From a virus: a stretch of 43,731 nucleotides of DNA. Position numbers and translations under genes: made by a program. This document shows positions 8,788 to 18,512 of this stretch, one piece after another. Location of the stretch: the IMG/VR virus record IMGVR_UViG_3300045988_034292, positions 1 through 43,731 of that record; one strand, 5' to 3'. The notes under the pieces were generated by a model. It did no database searches. It worked only from the letters and a program-made list of their open reading frames with translations, and was not told the origin of the DNA. Each line of letters begins with the position of its first letter. Positions within the stretch are counted from its first letter, which is position 1.

Positions 8788-10349
8788 TAGGAATGTCAGT
8801 CATTTTTGACGGTAAAAACTTAACCGAATTATTCAATGAGGGTCAAGGGCGTACCGTTCCAGTGGATGTCACAAAAAACGTTGCATCCAATTTCAATAAC
8901 AACTATCAAGACCAAGGGCGTAGGCGCTATGGTCAGCAATTCCTATACAGCACCTTGTCAGTTAAACAGATTCAAGTGTCGTTTACCTTGGTCGGAAACT
9001 ACGACTACATTAATACCATCGCTGAAACGCTGGGCGGCTATCTCAATGTCGATAAACCAAAAACTTTGATTTTTGGTGATGAGCCTAACAAAGTTTGGGA
9101 AGCTATTCCGTCTGGTCAAGCGTCGCTTACAGTTGACAAGAACACTGCACCGATTACTGCCACAGTAACGGTGACGTTCGATGTTCCGAAAAGCTATGGT
9201 GAGAACAAGGCACAAGCCTTGGTGAGTAGTGATGGTGAAACAAAGTACGGCAATATTAAGAAGATTTCAACCGGTCATTATAAGGCGACGTTGAAAAACT
9301 TTGGTACGGCTGAAACCTACCCAAACATTAAACTGAAATTCAACTCAGATAATGGCTGGGTTGGGATTGTAAAATCTTCTAGCGAAAGCTATGAGATTGG
9401 CAACCCTAATGAAGCTGATACACGTACAGTTAAACAATCTGAAATTCTGTTTGACTATGTTTCTAACAACTGGATCACCAATGGTTTTGCGGTTGGTGCT
9501 AAGAACCAAGGGCGTTTCAACGACAACTTGCAAAGTTTGAATGGGACGCTTGCGATTGATAATGCGTGGGGCAGACCACACATTGCCTTAACCAATCGAG
9601 GTAGTGGCTCAACTTTACTGCGTGGGAGCTCGATTACATGGGATATTCCAGCAGACAGCAACGGTGAAAAAGGCTCACTCTATGAATATATGTGGTGGAG
9701 ACAGATTTTCTGGTTGGGCGCATCTAACGAGTGCGGATATATCAAGATATCTGTAACGGATGCAAACGGCACATTTCTGTACGGTGTGGAAACACTCAAG
9801 CATGTTAATGGTCTCGGTTGTGAGTATCGTTTTCTTGCAAGCGATGGCAACGGTAGCTATCGCACACTTGATAGGAAACAATTCTGGGGCACGCATATCC
9901 AAACCCAAAACCCATTTAATGAGCCACAAGGGTGGTCGGACATGCAACGGTTTGATGATGAAATACAATTTTATTATCAAGGCGGATACCCTAGATTTAA
10001 GATACCCGAAATTAAAGGGAAGAAATCAGCAAAAATAAACGTTGGTTTCTTTGGTCTTGGTGATGCACCTCTTGTAACTCACATGTATCTTGATAGTTTT
10101 GTTTATCGAAAAGATTACGTTAACAAAGAGGAAGACATCCCTAACCGTTTCCGAAAAGGTTCTATCCTAGAGATAGACATGGCTAAAGGCAAGACCTTAG
10201 TCGATAACTTGCCAGCGTCTAACGAGCTAACATACTTGTCTGAGCCGTTTAGTATCGGCACGGGTGAAACTGAAATCGATATCTATACTTCTAGTTGGAC
10301 AAGGACTGACCCAACAATTGAAATTACTTGGAAGGAGCGTTTTGTTTAA
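8784..10349 (+). CDS. Distal tail protein (Dit), extended form
   Basis: 521 aa immediately after the tape measure gene. TTG start 8 nt after aggagg (alternative ATG at 8793). Its length suggests an inserted decoration or carbohydrate-binding-type domain. Confidence 0.65.
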   Translation: MIGMSVIFDGKNLTELFNEGQGRTVPVDVTKNVASNFNNNYQDQGRRRYGQQFLYSTLSVKQIQVSFTLVGNYDYINTIAETLGGYLNVDKPKTLIFGDEPNKVWEAIPSGQASLTVDKNTAPITATVTVTFDVPKSYGENKAQALVSSDGETKYGNIKKISTGHYKATLKNFGTAETYPNIKLKFNSDNGWVGIVKSSSESYEIGNPNEADTRTVKQSEILFDYVSNNWITNGFAVGAKNQGRFNDNLQSLNGTLAIDNAWGRPHIALTNRGSGSTLLRGSSITWDIPADSNGEKGSLYEYMWWRQIFWLGASNECGYIKISVTDANGTFLYGVETLKHVNGLGCEYRFLASDGNGSYRTLDRKQFWGTHIQTQNPFNEPQGWSDMQRFDDEIQFYYQGGYPRFKIPEIKGKKSAKINVGFFGLGDAPLVTHMYLDSFVYRKDYVNKEEDIPNRFRKGSILEIDMAKGKTLVDNLPASNELTYLSEPFSIGTGETEIDIYTSSWTRTDPTIEITWKERFV

Positions 10350-13300
10350 TGCAAATTTGGATTCATGATAAGAATATGCGCAAGGTGTGTGCATTGAATA
10401 ACAATGTTCCTGGCATGTTGCCATATTCCAATAGTCAATGGCACCCTTATCTTGAATACGCAACGAGTACATTCGATTTCACAATTCCTAAGATCGTCAA
10501 TGGGAAACTGCATGAAGACATCAAATATATCAAAGACGATATGTTTGTTTCGTTTTATTACGATAACTCTTATCAAGTTTTCTATGTGTCGCAACTTATT
10601 GAGAACGATATATCATTCCAAGTCACTTGTAATAACACTAACTTGGAATTGGCACAAGAGCAATCTGTTGCCCTTAAAAGTAATGGAGCTCAAAGCATTG
10701 CATGGTACCTCGAACACCTTGAAATTCTAGGGTTTACCAATCTTGAAATTGGTGTTAATGAGGTATCAGACAAGACAAGGACACTTGAGTTTGAGCCACA
10801 AGAGACGAAACTGGCACAGCTACACAGTCTCATGTCTAAATTTGATGCTGAATTTGCCTTCCGTACCGAGTTAAATCGAGATGGTACAATCAAGCGTTTT
10901 ACTATCGATATTTACCAGATTCCAGACGAAACTCACCACGGTATCGGAAAGGCTCGTGGGGATGTGGTGCTACATTATCAGAATGAGCTTAAAGGTGTTC
11001 AAGTTGCCAGCGATAAGACCCAACTTTTCAATGCTGGGGTATTCACTGGCGCTGAAGGTGTTAACCTCGAAAGTGTTGAGTTTGAAGAAAAGAACGAGCT
11101 AGGACAAGTAGAGTTCTACTCACGAAAAGGCAGTAGCTATGTGTTCGCACCTTTGTCTAGGGAGCACTATCCATCAACGATGAATCCAAACAACGCTGAT
11201 AACTGGACACGTAAGGACTTTCAAACTGAATACAAGGATGTTAATTCACTAAAAGGCTACGCATTGCGTACCATTAAGCAATACGCTTATCCGTTGATGA
11301 CCTACACGGTTGATGTCCATTCTAGTTTCATGGCAAACTATAAAGATGTTAACCTAGGGGATACCGTTAAAATTATCAATAGCAATTTTAGAGATGGACT
11401 AGCCTTAGAAGCTCGTGTAACTGAAATGATTGTCAGCTTTGATATGCCGTTGAATAATTCGGTTGTGTTTTCGAATTACCGTAAAATCGTCAACAAGCCA
11501 TCGTCTGAATTGCAACAGCGTATTGATGAAATCGCAGCTAGAGCCTTACCATACCGTGTCGAGATCACGACAACAAACGGAACAGCATTCAAGAATGGCG
11601 TTGGTCGTTCTACCGTTCGTCCAGTCTTGAAACAAGGTGATAAAACAGTTAACGCTACATGGCGTTTCGTGATTAACGGTGAAATTAAATATGTCGGTAT
11701 GACCTATGACATGGTAGCGTCAGATATTACCCAACCAACCGCCTTGACGGTTTCTGCATGGGTAGATAACAAAGAAGTAGCTTCAGAAGAAGTTACTTTT
11801 TTAAATGTCTCAGACGGTAAGAATGGCGCTAAAGGTGACCCCGGACCTAAAGGGGACAAAGGTGATAGAGGTAATGACGGCTTACCCGGAAAAAACGGTG
11901 TAGGTCTCAAATCTACTACTATTACTTATGGCATGAGCGATAGTGACACTGTAATGCCTACTAGCTGGACGGCAAACCCACCAATTTTGGTTAAAGGTAA
12001 ATACTTATGGACTAAAACGCAATGGATGTATACCGACCTATCTAGTGAGACTGGATACCAAAAAACATACATCCCACATAATGGTTCTAACGGAAACGAC
12101 GGCTTACCCGGAAAAGATGGTGTTGGGTTGGTTAACACCACTCTACGTTATGCGAAATCAACGGACGGTGTAAATAAACCGACTGGGGTTGTGGTAGCTA
12201 ATTTCCCTAACGAGATTAAGCCGAATCGGTCAAGTATCGATAATAATATCACCACTGATCTAAAAGTCCGATTGGAGCAAGGTAAGACTTATATCTTATC
12301 TGCTGAAACCAATGGAACATTTACCAATCAGCATAACCCAAATCAATCGAGTGATAATGCTACGATTTGGCTTGTTAATCCAAGTTTTAGTACATGGGCA
12401 GTGATTTCTGATAGCAACACGGCTAACGGTACGAGGTACACGCACAATCGCCCGACTGGAGAATACAATATCCGTGTCAATGGTTACAAAACAGACAATT
12501 CGACATGGATTAAAAATATCGTATTTGAAGATGGGACATGGTCGCCAGACATCCCAACGGTCAACCCCGGCGAATACCTCTGGACAAGAACAACATGGTT
12601 CTATTCAGACGGCACGAGTGAGCAAGGTTTTTCCGTTGCAAAAATGGGCGAACAAGGACCGAAGGGAGACCGTGGGAACGATGGGATACCGGGTAAGAAT
12701 GGTATCGGTATTAGAAGTACTAGCGTCCTATATGGACTATCTATGGCTGAAACCGTGCCACCTACGGCATGGTATCAAAACCCACCAGCGTTAGTTAAAG
12801 GGCAATGGTTCTGGACTAAGACGGTCTGGACTTATACTGATAACACCACTGAAACGGGGTATCAAAAAACCTACGTAGCAAGAGACGGCAACAACGGTAA
12901 TAACGGTATCGCTGGTAAAGACGGGGTTGGTATTCGTAGCACAACGATTACTTATGCGCAAGGTACGTCGGGCACAGTAGCACCAACGACTGGTTGGACT
13001 AGCCAAGTACCTAACGTGCCAGCCGGTCAATTCCTATGGACTAAGACAGTTTGGACTTACACCGACAACACTAATGAGACTGGCTATTCAGTATCTAAAA
13101 TCGGTGAGCAAGGACCTAAAGGGAACGATGGGGCTAAAGGCGACAAAGGAGAACGTGGTTTAACTGGACCTCAAGGACCACAAGGAGAACGTGGCGTACA
13201 AGGACCACAAGGACTACAAGGTCCAAAGGGTGACCAAGGTATCCCCGGCGTTAAGGGTGCTGATGGTAAAACACAGTATACCCACATTGCTTACGCTGAC

Positions 13301-14683
13301 ACGGTTTCCGGTGGTGGATTTAGTCAAACAGATACTAACAAGGCGTTCATCGGTGTGTACCAAGATTTCAATGCTACAGATAGCCGAAACCCACAAGATT
13401 ACCGATGGTCTAAATGGAAGGGTAGCGATGGACGAGATGGTATTCCCGGTAAGGCTGGAGCGGACGGACGAACACCTTACGTCCATTTTGCCTATGCCGA
13501 TAGCCCGGATGGTCGAGATGGTTTTAGTCTGACACAAAACGGCAGCAAACGCTATTTGGGTGTATGTACTAATTTTAACCAAGCAGACAGCACTAACCCA
13601 GCAGATTATACGTGGAACGACATGACGGGTAGCGTGTCAGTCGGTGGTGAAAATCTAATCGTTAACTCAGCGTTTCCGGAGAATCTTGATAACTGGGGAT
13701 TCTGGGAAGTGCCACAGCCAAACGCTAACCTATCCATTTCAAGTCATGCGTTTTACTACAACGGCGCTAGACCGCTGTTCTTACTGAAAACATCATCATC
13801 AGCGGTCCCAGCTTCTACGCTACGTTTCCCGGTCAAACGAAATACCGATTATTCGTTCAACATTCAAACGTTTGCCACTGGAAACATCAAAGGCGTAGAC
13901 ATCTATTTCCTTGGTCGGAAGTCGAACGAAACGAGCAAGAATTACACAAAGGCGGTGCGTTTTAAAGCACACACTGGTTCACCGTCAGTCACCGGACTCG
14001 CTAAATGGCACTTAACATTTAATTCTGGTGAATGCGACGAAGGCTATATCCGTATTGATAACACTGGAACCACCAACGGCAGTGAGTCGCTGTTATTCTT
14101 CGCTGAACTGGACTGCTACGAGGGTACGACTGACCGATCGTGGCAAGCGTCGCCGAAAGATTTAAAGAGTAAGTTAGACGGTAAGGCTGACAGTGCATTG
14201 ACACAAGACCAAATTAATAAATTGAATGAGCTTAATTCCATCGTTCAAGCGGAATTGAGAGCTAAAGCGTCTATTGATACGGTGAATCAATGGATGAAGT
14301 CTTATCAAGATTTCTTGTCAACGAATCAAGAAAACAAGAACAAGACTGAAAAAGCCTTGGTTGAAGCTAGTCAACGCATTGTGAAATTGCAAAATGATTT
14401 AGGCGAGAAGTCAGAACGTTGGAGTTTCCTTGATAATTACATGCGTGCATCTAACGAAGGTCTTACTATTGGTAAGAATGACGGTTCTAACTCGGTTTTG
14501 GTATCAGATAAGCGTATTTCTATGTTTAGTGCCGGTACTGAAGTAATGTACATCGATAAAGGTGTTATTCATATCGAAAACGGTATCTTCTCAAAGAGTA
14601 TTCAAATCGGTTACTATCGTGAGGAACAAGACTTAATTGACCCAAACCGAAACGTAATTAAATGGGTAGGAGGTAATTATTAA
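10349..14683 (+). CDS. Tail-associated / host-specificity protein (Tal-like) with collagen-like repeats
   Basis: 1444 aa from ATG 10349, which overlaps the Dit stop (TAATG). The N-terminus resembles prophage tail endopeptidase-type Tal proteins. There are six G-X-Y blocks and duplicated beta-rich modules. Confidence 0.8.
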   Translation: MQIWIHDKNMRKVCALNNNVPGMLPYSNSQWHPYLEYATSTFDFTIPKIVNGKLHEDIKYIKDDMFVSFYYDNSYQVFYVSQLIENDISFQVTCNNTNLELAQEQSVALKSNGAQSIAWYLEHLEILGFTNLEIGVNEVSDKTRTLEFEPQETKLAQLHSLMSKFDAEFAFRTELNRDGTIKRFTIDIYQIPDETHHGIGKARGDVVLHYQNELKGVQVASDKTQLFNAGVFTGAEGVNLESVEFEEKNELGQVEFYSRKGSSYVFAPLSREHYPSTMNPNNADNWTRKDFQTEYKDVNSLKGYALRTIKQYAYPLMTYTVDVHSSFMANYKDVNLGDTVKIINSNFRDGLALEARVTEMIVSFDMPLNNSVVFSNYRKIVNKPSSELQQRIDEIAARALPYRVEITTTNGTAFKNGVGRSTVRPVLKQGDKTVNATWRFVINGEIKYVGMTYDMVASDITQPTALTVSAWVDNKEVASEEVTFLNVSDGKNGAKGDPGPKGDKGDRGNDGLPGKNGVGLKSTTITYGMSDSDTVMPTSWTANPPILVKGKYLWTKTQWMYTDLSSETGYQKTYIPHNGSNGNDGLPGKDGVGLVNTTLRYAKSTDGVNKPTGVVVANFPNEIKPNRSSIDNNITTDLKVRLEQGKTYILSAETNGTFTNQHNPNQSSDNATIWLVNPSFSTWAVISDSNTANGTRYTHNRPTGEYNIRVNGYKTDNSTWIKNIVFEDGTWSPDIPTVNPGEYLWTRTTWFYSDGTSEQGFSVAKMGEQGPKGDRGNDGIPGKNGIGIRSTSVLYGLSMAETVPPTAWYQNPPALVKGQWFWTKTVWTYTDNTTETGYQKTYVARDGNNGNNGIAGKDGVGIRSTTITYAQGTSGTVAPTTGWTSQVPNVPAGQFLWTKTVWTYTDNTNETGYSVSKIGEQGPKGNDGAKGDKGERGLTGPQGPQGERGVQGPQGLQGPKGDQGIPGVKGADGKTQYTHIAYADTVSGGGFSQTDTNKAFIGVYQDFNATDSRNPQDYRWSKWKGSDGRDGIPGKAGADGRTPYVHFAYADSPDGRDGFSLTQNGSKRYLGVCTNFNQADSTNPADYTWNDMTGSVSVGGENLIVNSAFPENLDNWGFWEVPQPNANLSISSHAFYYNGARPLFLLKTSSSAVPASTLRFPVKRNTDYSFNIQTFATGNIKGVDIYFLGRKSNETSKNYTKAVRFKAHTGSPSVTGLAKWHLTFNSGECDEGYIRIDNTGTTNGSESLLFFAELDCYEGTTDRSWQASPKDLKSKLDGKADSALTQDQINKLNELNSIVQAELRAKASIDTVNQWMKSYQDFLSTNQENKNKTEKALVEASQRIVKLQNDLGEKSERWSFLDNYMRASNEGLTIGKNDGSNSVLVSDKRISMFSAGTEVMYIDKGVIHIENGIFSKSIQIGYYREEQDLIDPNRNVIKWVGGNY
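11813..13470 (+). repeat. Coding collagen-like (G-X-Y)n blocks and duplicated modules inside the Tal gene
   Basis: G-X-Y runs start near 11813, 12082, 12648, 12886, 13103 (the longest, about 55 aa) and 13423. Between them lie repeated modules of the form ...ITYG/A...W...P...KG.(Y/W/F)LWTKT.W.YTD...ETGY. Confidence 0.85.
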
Positions 14684-16704
14684 TGGCTGGAGGAAAAGCA
14701 GTCCTACGTGCTTATGAAGCTAGCTCGAATATTGATAGCAATACATCACAAGTGCGTTTACAGCTCTATTGGGAAAACGGAGACACTAAGGTGTCTGGTG
14801 TTCCTTGGGAAGCGTACATTGACTATGACGGCGGGAAGCGTTTAGCCAACTCTGGCACGCTAACCGTTGAACCCAATCAAACCGCTATGCTGATTGACCA
14901 AGAGGTTACCATTGCACACGACGGAGACGGTACTCGTACAGTGTATTATCGTGGAGAATTTAAGAATAAGAGCAATAATAAGGTAATACCTATTAACAAT
15001 GCAGCTCTTGTCTTAACTACCATCTCCCGTGCTAGTTATGGTGCGGATGTGACAGCTGAAATCGCTAAACCAGTGACCATCAACATTACCAAACGTGAAG
15101 CGTGGATGCGACATTCTATTTGGGTGCGTGTGGGCGATTGGGATCAAAAAATAGCTGGTGATGATATCGATACAAGCTATACATGGATTCCGCCTGTTGA
15201 AATAGCCAATCAATTCCCTAACTCAGCAAGCGGTATCGGTACGATAACTTACATCTCATACGCCGACGGAATTGAAAGAGGAAGGGACGTCCGAAAAATC
15301 ACGGTCAATGTCCCGACTAATCTCTTTAAGCCGGGTTTCACTGGTTTTAGTTTATCGGACACAAACCCAGTGACACAAAATCTTATCCCTAGCCCTACGC
15401 ATTTTGTCAGCACTTTGTCACGTATCAAAGTCGTTTTTAATGGCGGTCAAGGTGCTGCTGGATCTTCAATAACTGGATACTATGCCGAAATTGTAAGCGG
15501 GAATAGTTCGGTACAGTCGAATAATGGTACGCTTACAGTTCCGTCAACGGTTACTGACAAACAAATGACGGTTAGGGCTAAAGTCCAAGATAGTCGTGGC
15601 TTGTGGTCAGACTGGCGAGAGCAAACCATAACAGTGTTAGCTTACTTTAATCCGACGCTACGTTTTGAAGCCAAGCGAACGGGTGAAAAGCTAGACACGA
15701 TCACGCTGAAACGATTCTTAAAGGTAGCACCGTTATCCGTTAATGGGACACAAAAAAACACGACTAAACTTATTTTCAAAACACGAAAAGTTGGTACTGC
15801 TGGATATACGACAGATAGCACGAACGAATGGCAGAATATTTCTGAATTAAACGGTTCGGATGCCAATCTCAACGGAAAATATCCAGCAGATACCTCTTGG
15901 GAAGTTTTAGGGCGTGTTGAAGATAAGTTCTCGTACACAGAATTTGTTATCACAGTATCCACGGATAAGGTAGTGATGAGCTACGAACGTGATGGTGTTG
16001 GTATTGGGAAATACCGTGAAATGGGTGCGTTAGATGTTAATGGCGACATCTACGCAAACCGAAAACCAATCCAACAATATCGGTTGACTTCTAACGATGG
16101 CACGCCATTAGATGCAGTTGCCGATTGGAACGATTATGGACAAACTGGGTATTACAGAGGCTATGGTTTGAAAAACTCTCCATACAATATCACTAATTCT
16201 TGGTTCCATATTCAAGTGCTTAAACATAGCGATGATTGGACTATCCAAACGGCGGTGCCATATTCCGGAGAAGATTTATTTGTTCGTGGAAAAGCCAACG
16301 GCTCGTGGGGGATGTGGAAAAAATTTATGAAAGAAGGTGGTCAGGTTGATTTTGACCGTCTAAATATCAATACCACCTCTAAGAAAGATTTAACTCTTAT
16401 GCACGGTTTAAAAGCCGTTGCTATCAGAAAAGGAAATCTTGTTACACTAACCATAAAACGCATGGTTGTTAATTCTCCGAGTAAGTTTGAGTATCAACAA
16501 ATGGCTGAGACTATTCCAGAAGGTTACCGTCCGACCGATGAAATTCATTTTCTTGTTCACACAAATGAAGGTAATGAAAATAAGGAACCGTCTACGATAC
16601 ACATTTCTAGCGACGGCACAATTAGACTCACAAGCTCCACTGTTGGCCAACGTGTATGGGTTGGGACAATAACTTATATCACGGATGATTCATATCCAGG
16701 TTAA
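14683..16704 (+). CDS. Tail fibre / receptor-binding-like structural protein
   Basis: 673 aa, start overlapping the Tal stop (TAATG). It is the last large structural gene before the holins. The N-terminus resembles DUF859-type siphovirus tail proteins; this is from memory and was not searched. Confidence 0.55.
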   Translation: MAGGKAVLRAYEASSNIDSNTSQVRLQLYWENGDTKVSGVPWEAYIDYDGGKRLANSGTLTVEPNQTAMLIDQEVTIAHDGDGTRTVYYRGEFKNKSNNKVIPINNAALVLTTISRASYGADVTAEIAKPVTINITKREAWMRHSIWVRVGDWDQKIAGDDIDTSYTWIPPVEIANQFPNSASGIGTITYISYADGIERGRDVRKITVNVPTNLFKPGFTGFSLSDTNPVTQNLIPSPTHFVSTLSRIKVVFNGGQGAAGSSITGYYAEIVSGNSSVQSNNGTLTVPSTVTDKQMTVRAKVQDSRGLWSDWREQTITVLAYFNPTLRFEAKRTGEKLDTITLKRFLKVAPLSVNGTQKNTTKLIFKTRKVGTAGYTTDSTNEWQNISELNGSDANLNGKYPADTSWEVLGRVEDKFSYTEFVITVSTDKVVMSYERDGVGIGKYREMGALDVNGDIYANRKPIQQYRLTSNDGTPLDAVADWNDYGQTGYYRGYGLKNSPYNITNSWFHIQVLKHSDDWTIQTAVPYSGEDLFVRGKANGSWGMWKKFMKEGGQVDFDRLNINTTSKKDLTLMHGLKAVAIRKGNLVTLTIKRMVVNSPSKFEYQQMAETIPEGYRPTDEIHFLVHTNEGNENKEPSTIHISSDGTIRLTSSTVGQRVWVGTITYITDDSYPG

Positions 16705-16728
16705 AGAAAGGAAATTGGAGCATAATCT

Positions 16729-17163
16729 ATGCACAAACCAGATGGAATCTTTGGCATTTTTCAAGTCGTTAAGGACTTCTACGAGCATGGTATAGACGAA
16801 CATCTATGGGTATTCCTACTTATGTTGGTTATCTTAGCTGACGTTTTTTTGGGAGTATCTAGGGCTTGGGCTTTCCATGAATTTTCAAGTTCAAAATTTA
16901 GAAAAGGGCTAGTTGGTCATATAGCCATGTTTACGTTTGTAGCCATCTTCTACCCGTTCGCAGTCTACATGAATCTGGGCGGTATCCTAGATACATTTAT
17001 CTTCACTATGATTGCCGCTTATGGTTCTAGTATTCTTGCCAATTTGTCAGCGTTGGGGGTAGAAATCCCTTATATTGACAAGTATGTCAAGAAAAATATC
17101 GATAAAGAAAAATTTAATTTAACTTCGATTGAAGAAGAAAAGGAGAAAACAGAAAATGATTAA
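16729..17163 (+). CDS. Holin (multi-TM, TcdE / phage_holin_4-like)
   Basis: 144 aa with several hydrophobic helices and a charged C-terminal tail (KKNIDKEKFNLTSIEEEKEKTEND). It lies upstream of a second holin and the endolysin. Confidence 0.7.
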   Translation: MHKPDGIFGIFQVVKDFYEHGIDEHLWVFLLMLVILADVFLGVSRAWAFHEFSSSKFRKGLVGHIAMFTFVAIFYPFAVYMNLGGILDTFIFTMIAAYGSSILANLSALGVEIPYIDKYVKKNIDKEKFNLTSIEEEKEKTEND

Positions 17164-17386
17164 TTTTAAACTACGTCTTCAAAACAAAGCTACTCTTGTA
17201 GCTCTTATCTCAGCAGTATTTCTCATGTTGCAACAATTCGGATTGAATATCCCTAGCAATATCCAAGAGGGTGTTAATACACTCGTTGTGATCTTGGTGA
17301 TTCTTGGTATCGTTACCGACCCAACAACTAAGGGCGTTGCTGACAGCGAGCGAGCACTAAACTACCACGCACCTCGTGAGGACTAG
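17156..17386 (+). CDS. Small holin (LL-H / phiLC3-like)
   Basis: 76 aa from ATG 17156 (RBS aaggag upstream; the track ORF begins at 17129). It has two TM segments, then VTDPTTKGVADSERALNY. Confidence 0.65.
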   Translation: MINFKLRLQNKATLVALISAVFLMLQQFGLNIPSNIQEGVNTLVVILVILGIVTDPTTKGVADSERALNYHAPRED

Positions 17387-17389
17387 CCT

Positions 17390-17845
17390 ATGGCTAAGCT
17401 CATGACTTCCATCAACCAAATTCGAGGCGGTGATGTCCTAAAATCTGGGGACATTACCTCAGTCTTTGGTTTTGAAATTTTGGGTTACGATGGGAAACGC
17501 ATGGAATTGTCCGGAACTGGTAAGCTCACGCTGTCTAACGGTGAAACAGTGGCACTCTATCAAGATGTTACTGTCGAGAGTGGGGTGTTCTCGTTCTCGA
17601 TGGGGAACGTGGTAGCTACTGGCACTTACTACCTCGAAATTAAACTAGATGGGCATATTTTCCCGTCAAACAATTTTAAGGTTAAAGTGAAAAACTCACT
17701 AAATGCGGACAGTGCTATCCCATCGGACAAGAGCCCTAAACTGAAACTACTAGCTGATGAATTGCGAGAATCTGGATACATTACCGGAAGTGGTGGTGAA
17801 GTCACAGAAGACCTCGTTAACATCTACAATCTAGCTAAAATTTAG
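17390..17845 (+). CDS. Hypothetical protein (beta-rich, possibly virion-associated)
   Basis: 151 aa ORF with good coding character. The C-terminal motif TEDLVNIYNLAKI resembles the C-terminus of the next gene. Confidence 0.5.
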   Translation: MAKLMTSINQIRGGDVLKSGDITSVFGFEILGYDGKRMELSGTGKLTLSNGETVALYQDVTVESGVFSFSMGNVVATGTYYLEIKLDGHIFPSNNFKVKVKNSLNADSAIPSDKSPKLKLLADELRESGYITGSGGEVTEDLVNIYNLAKI

Positions 17846-17859
17846 AAAGGAAACTATAA

Positions 17860-18210
17860 ATGGCTAACAAATTACAAGAATTTGCCACAGCAGTCGGGAC
17901 TGACATTAAAGAAATTAAAACAACATTGGCTGGCAAAGCTGAGAAAAGCGAAGTGACCGCTAACGGCGTCACTCAAGACCAACTTAACACTGCCATCGCA
18001 CAAGCTAAAACCGATATTATTGGTGGAGCTCCTGGCGAGTTAGACACACTCAAGGAAATTGCTGATAAAATCAGCGCAAACGGTGGTAATACTGACGGTG
18101 CTGTTATTTCTAAGATTGCTGAAGTTAAAACTGAACTTGGTGACCGTATCACAGCTATTGAAACTGAAGATTTGGTAAGTGCATATAATACAGCCAAAAA
18201 CACTCTCTAA
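17860..18210 (+). CDS. Short fibre-like coiled-coil protein
   Basis: 116 aa containing GGAPGELDTLKEIADKI. This resembles the AP..LDTL.ELA motif common in phage tail fibre proteins. The C-terminus is TEDLVSAYNTAKNTL. Confidence 0.5.
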   Translation: MANKLQEFATAVGTDIKEIKTTLAGKAEKSEVTANGVTQDQLNTAIAQAKTDIIGGAPGELDTLKEIADKISANGGNTDGAVISKIAEVKTELGDRITAIETEDLVSAYNTAKNTL

Positions 18211-18222
18211 TGAGGTGGGCTT

Positions 18223-18495
18223 ATGAGTAATTTAAAAGATGTAATAGAATCTATTGGTCATGATATTGGTGATATTAAAGATAAACAATCTTCATCGTTG
18301 ACTATCAGCCAAGCGTACGGACTATTTCCAACGTATAATAACTTTTTTCTACAAGTTTTAGAACAAAATAAATTTGCGGAAGACCCACTTGTGACTAAAT
18401 CTCAATTACCCACAAGCGAAATTGACGCTTTGAAACAGAAGGTCGAAGAGTTGGAGAGAACTATCTCGGAGATTAAACAAGCTATTCAAAAATAA
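18223..18495 (+). CDS. Hypothetical small coiled-coil protein
   Basis: 90 aa ORF with RBS gaggtgg, lying between the fibre-like gene and the endolysin. Confidence 0.5.
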   Translation: MSNLKDVIESIGHDIGDIKDKQSSSLTISQAYGLFPTYNNFFLQVLEQNKFAEDPLVTKSQLPTSEIDALKQKVEELERTISEIKQAIQK

Positions 18496-18512
18496 TTTAA
18501 GAAAGGAGAAAC

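Noticed and set aside
13191-13582. Alternative-frame ORFs (113 aa plus-strand, 122 aa minus-strand) over the collagen-repeat region
   Set aside because: The G-X-Y repeat DNA keeps several frames open by composition. Only the Tal frame is continuous with the flanking structural domains.
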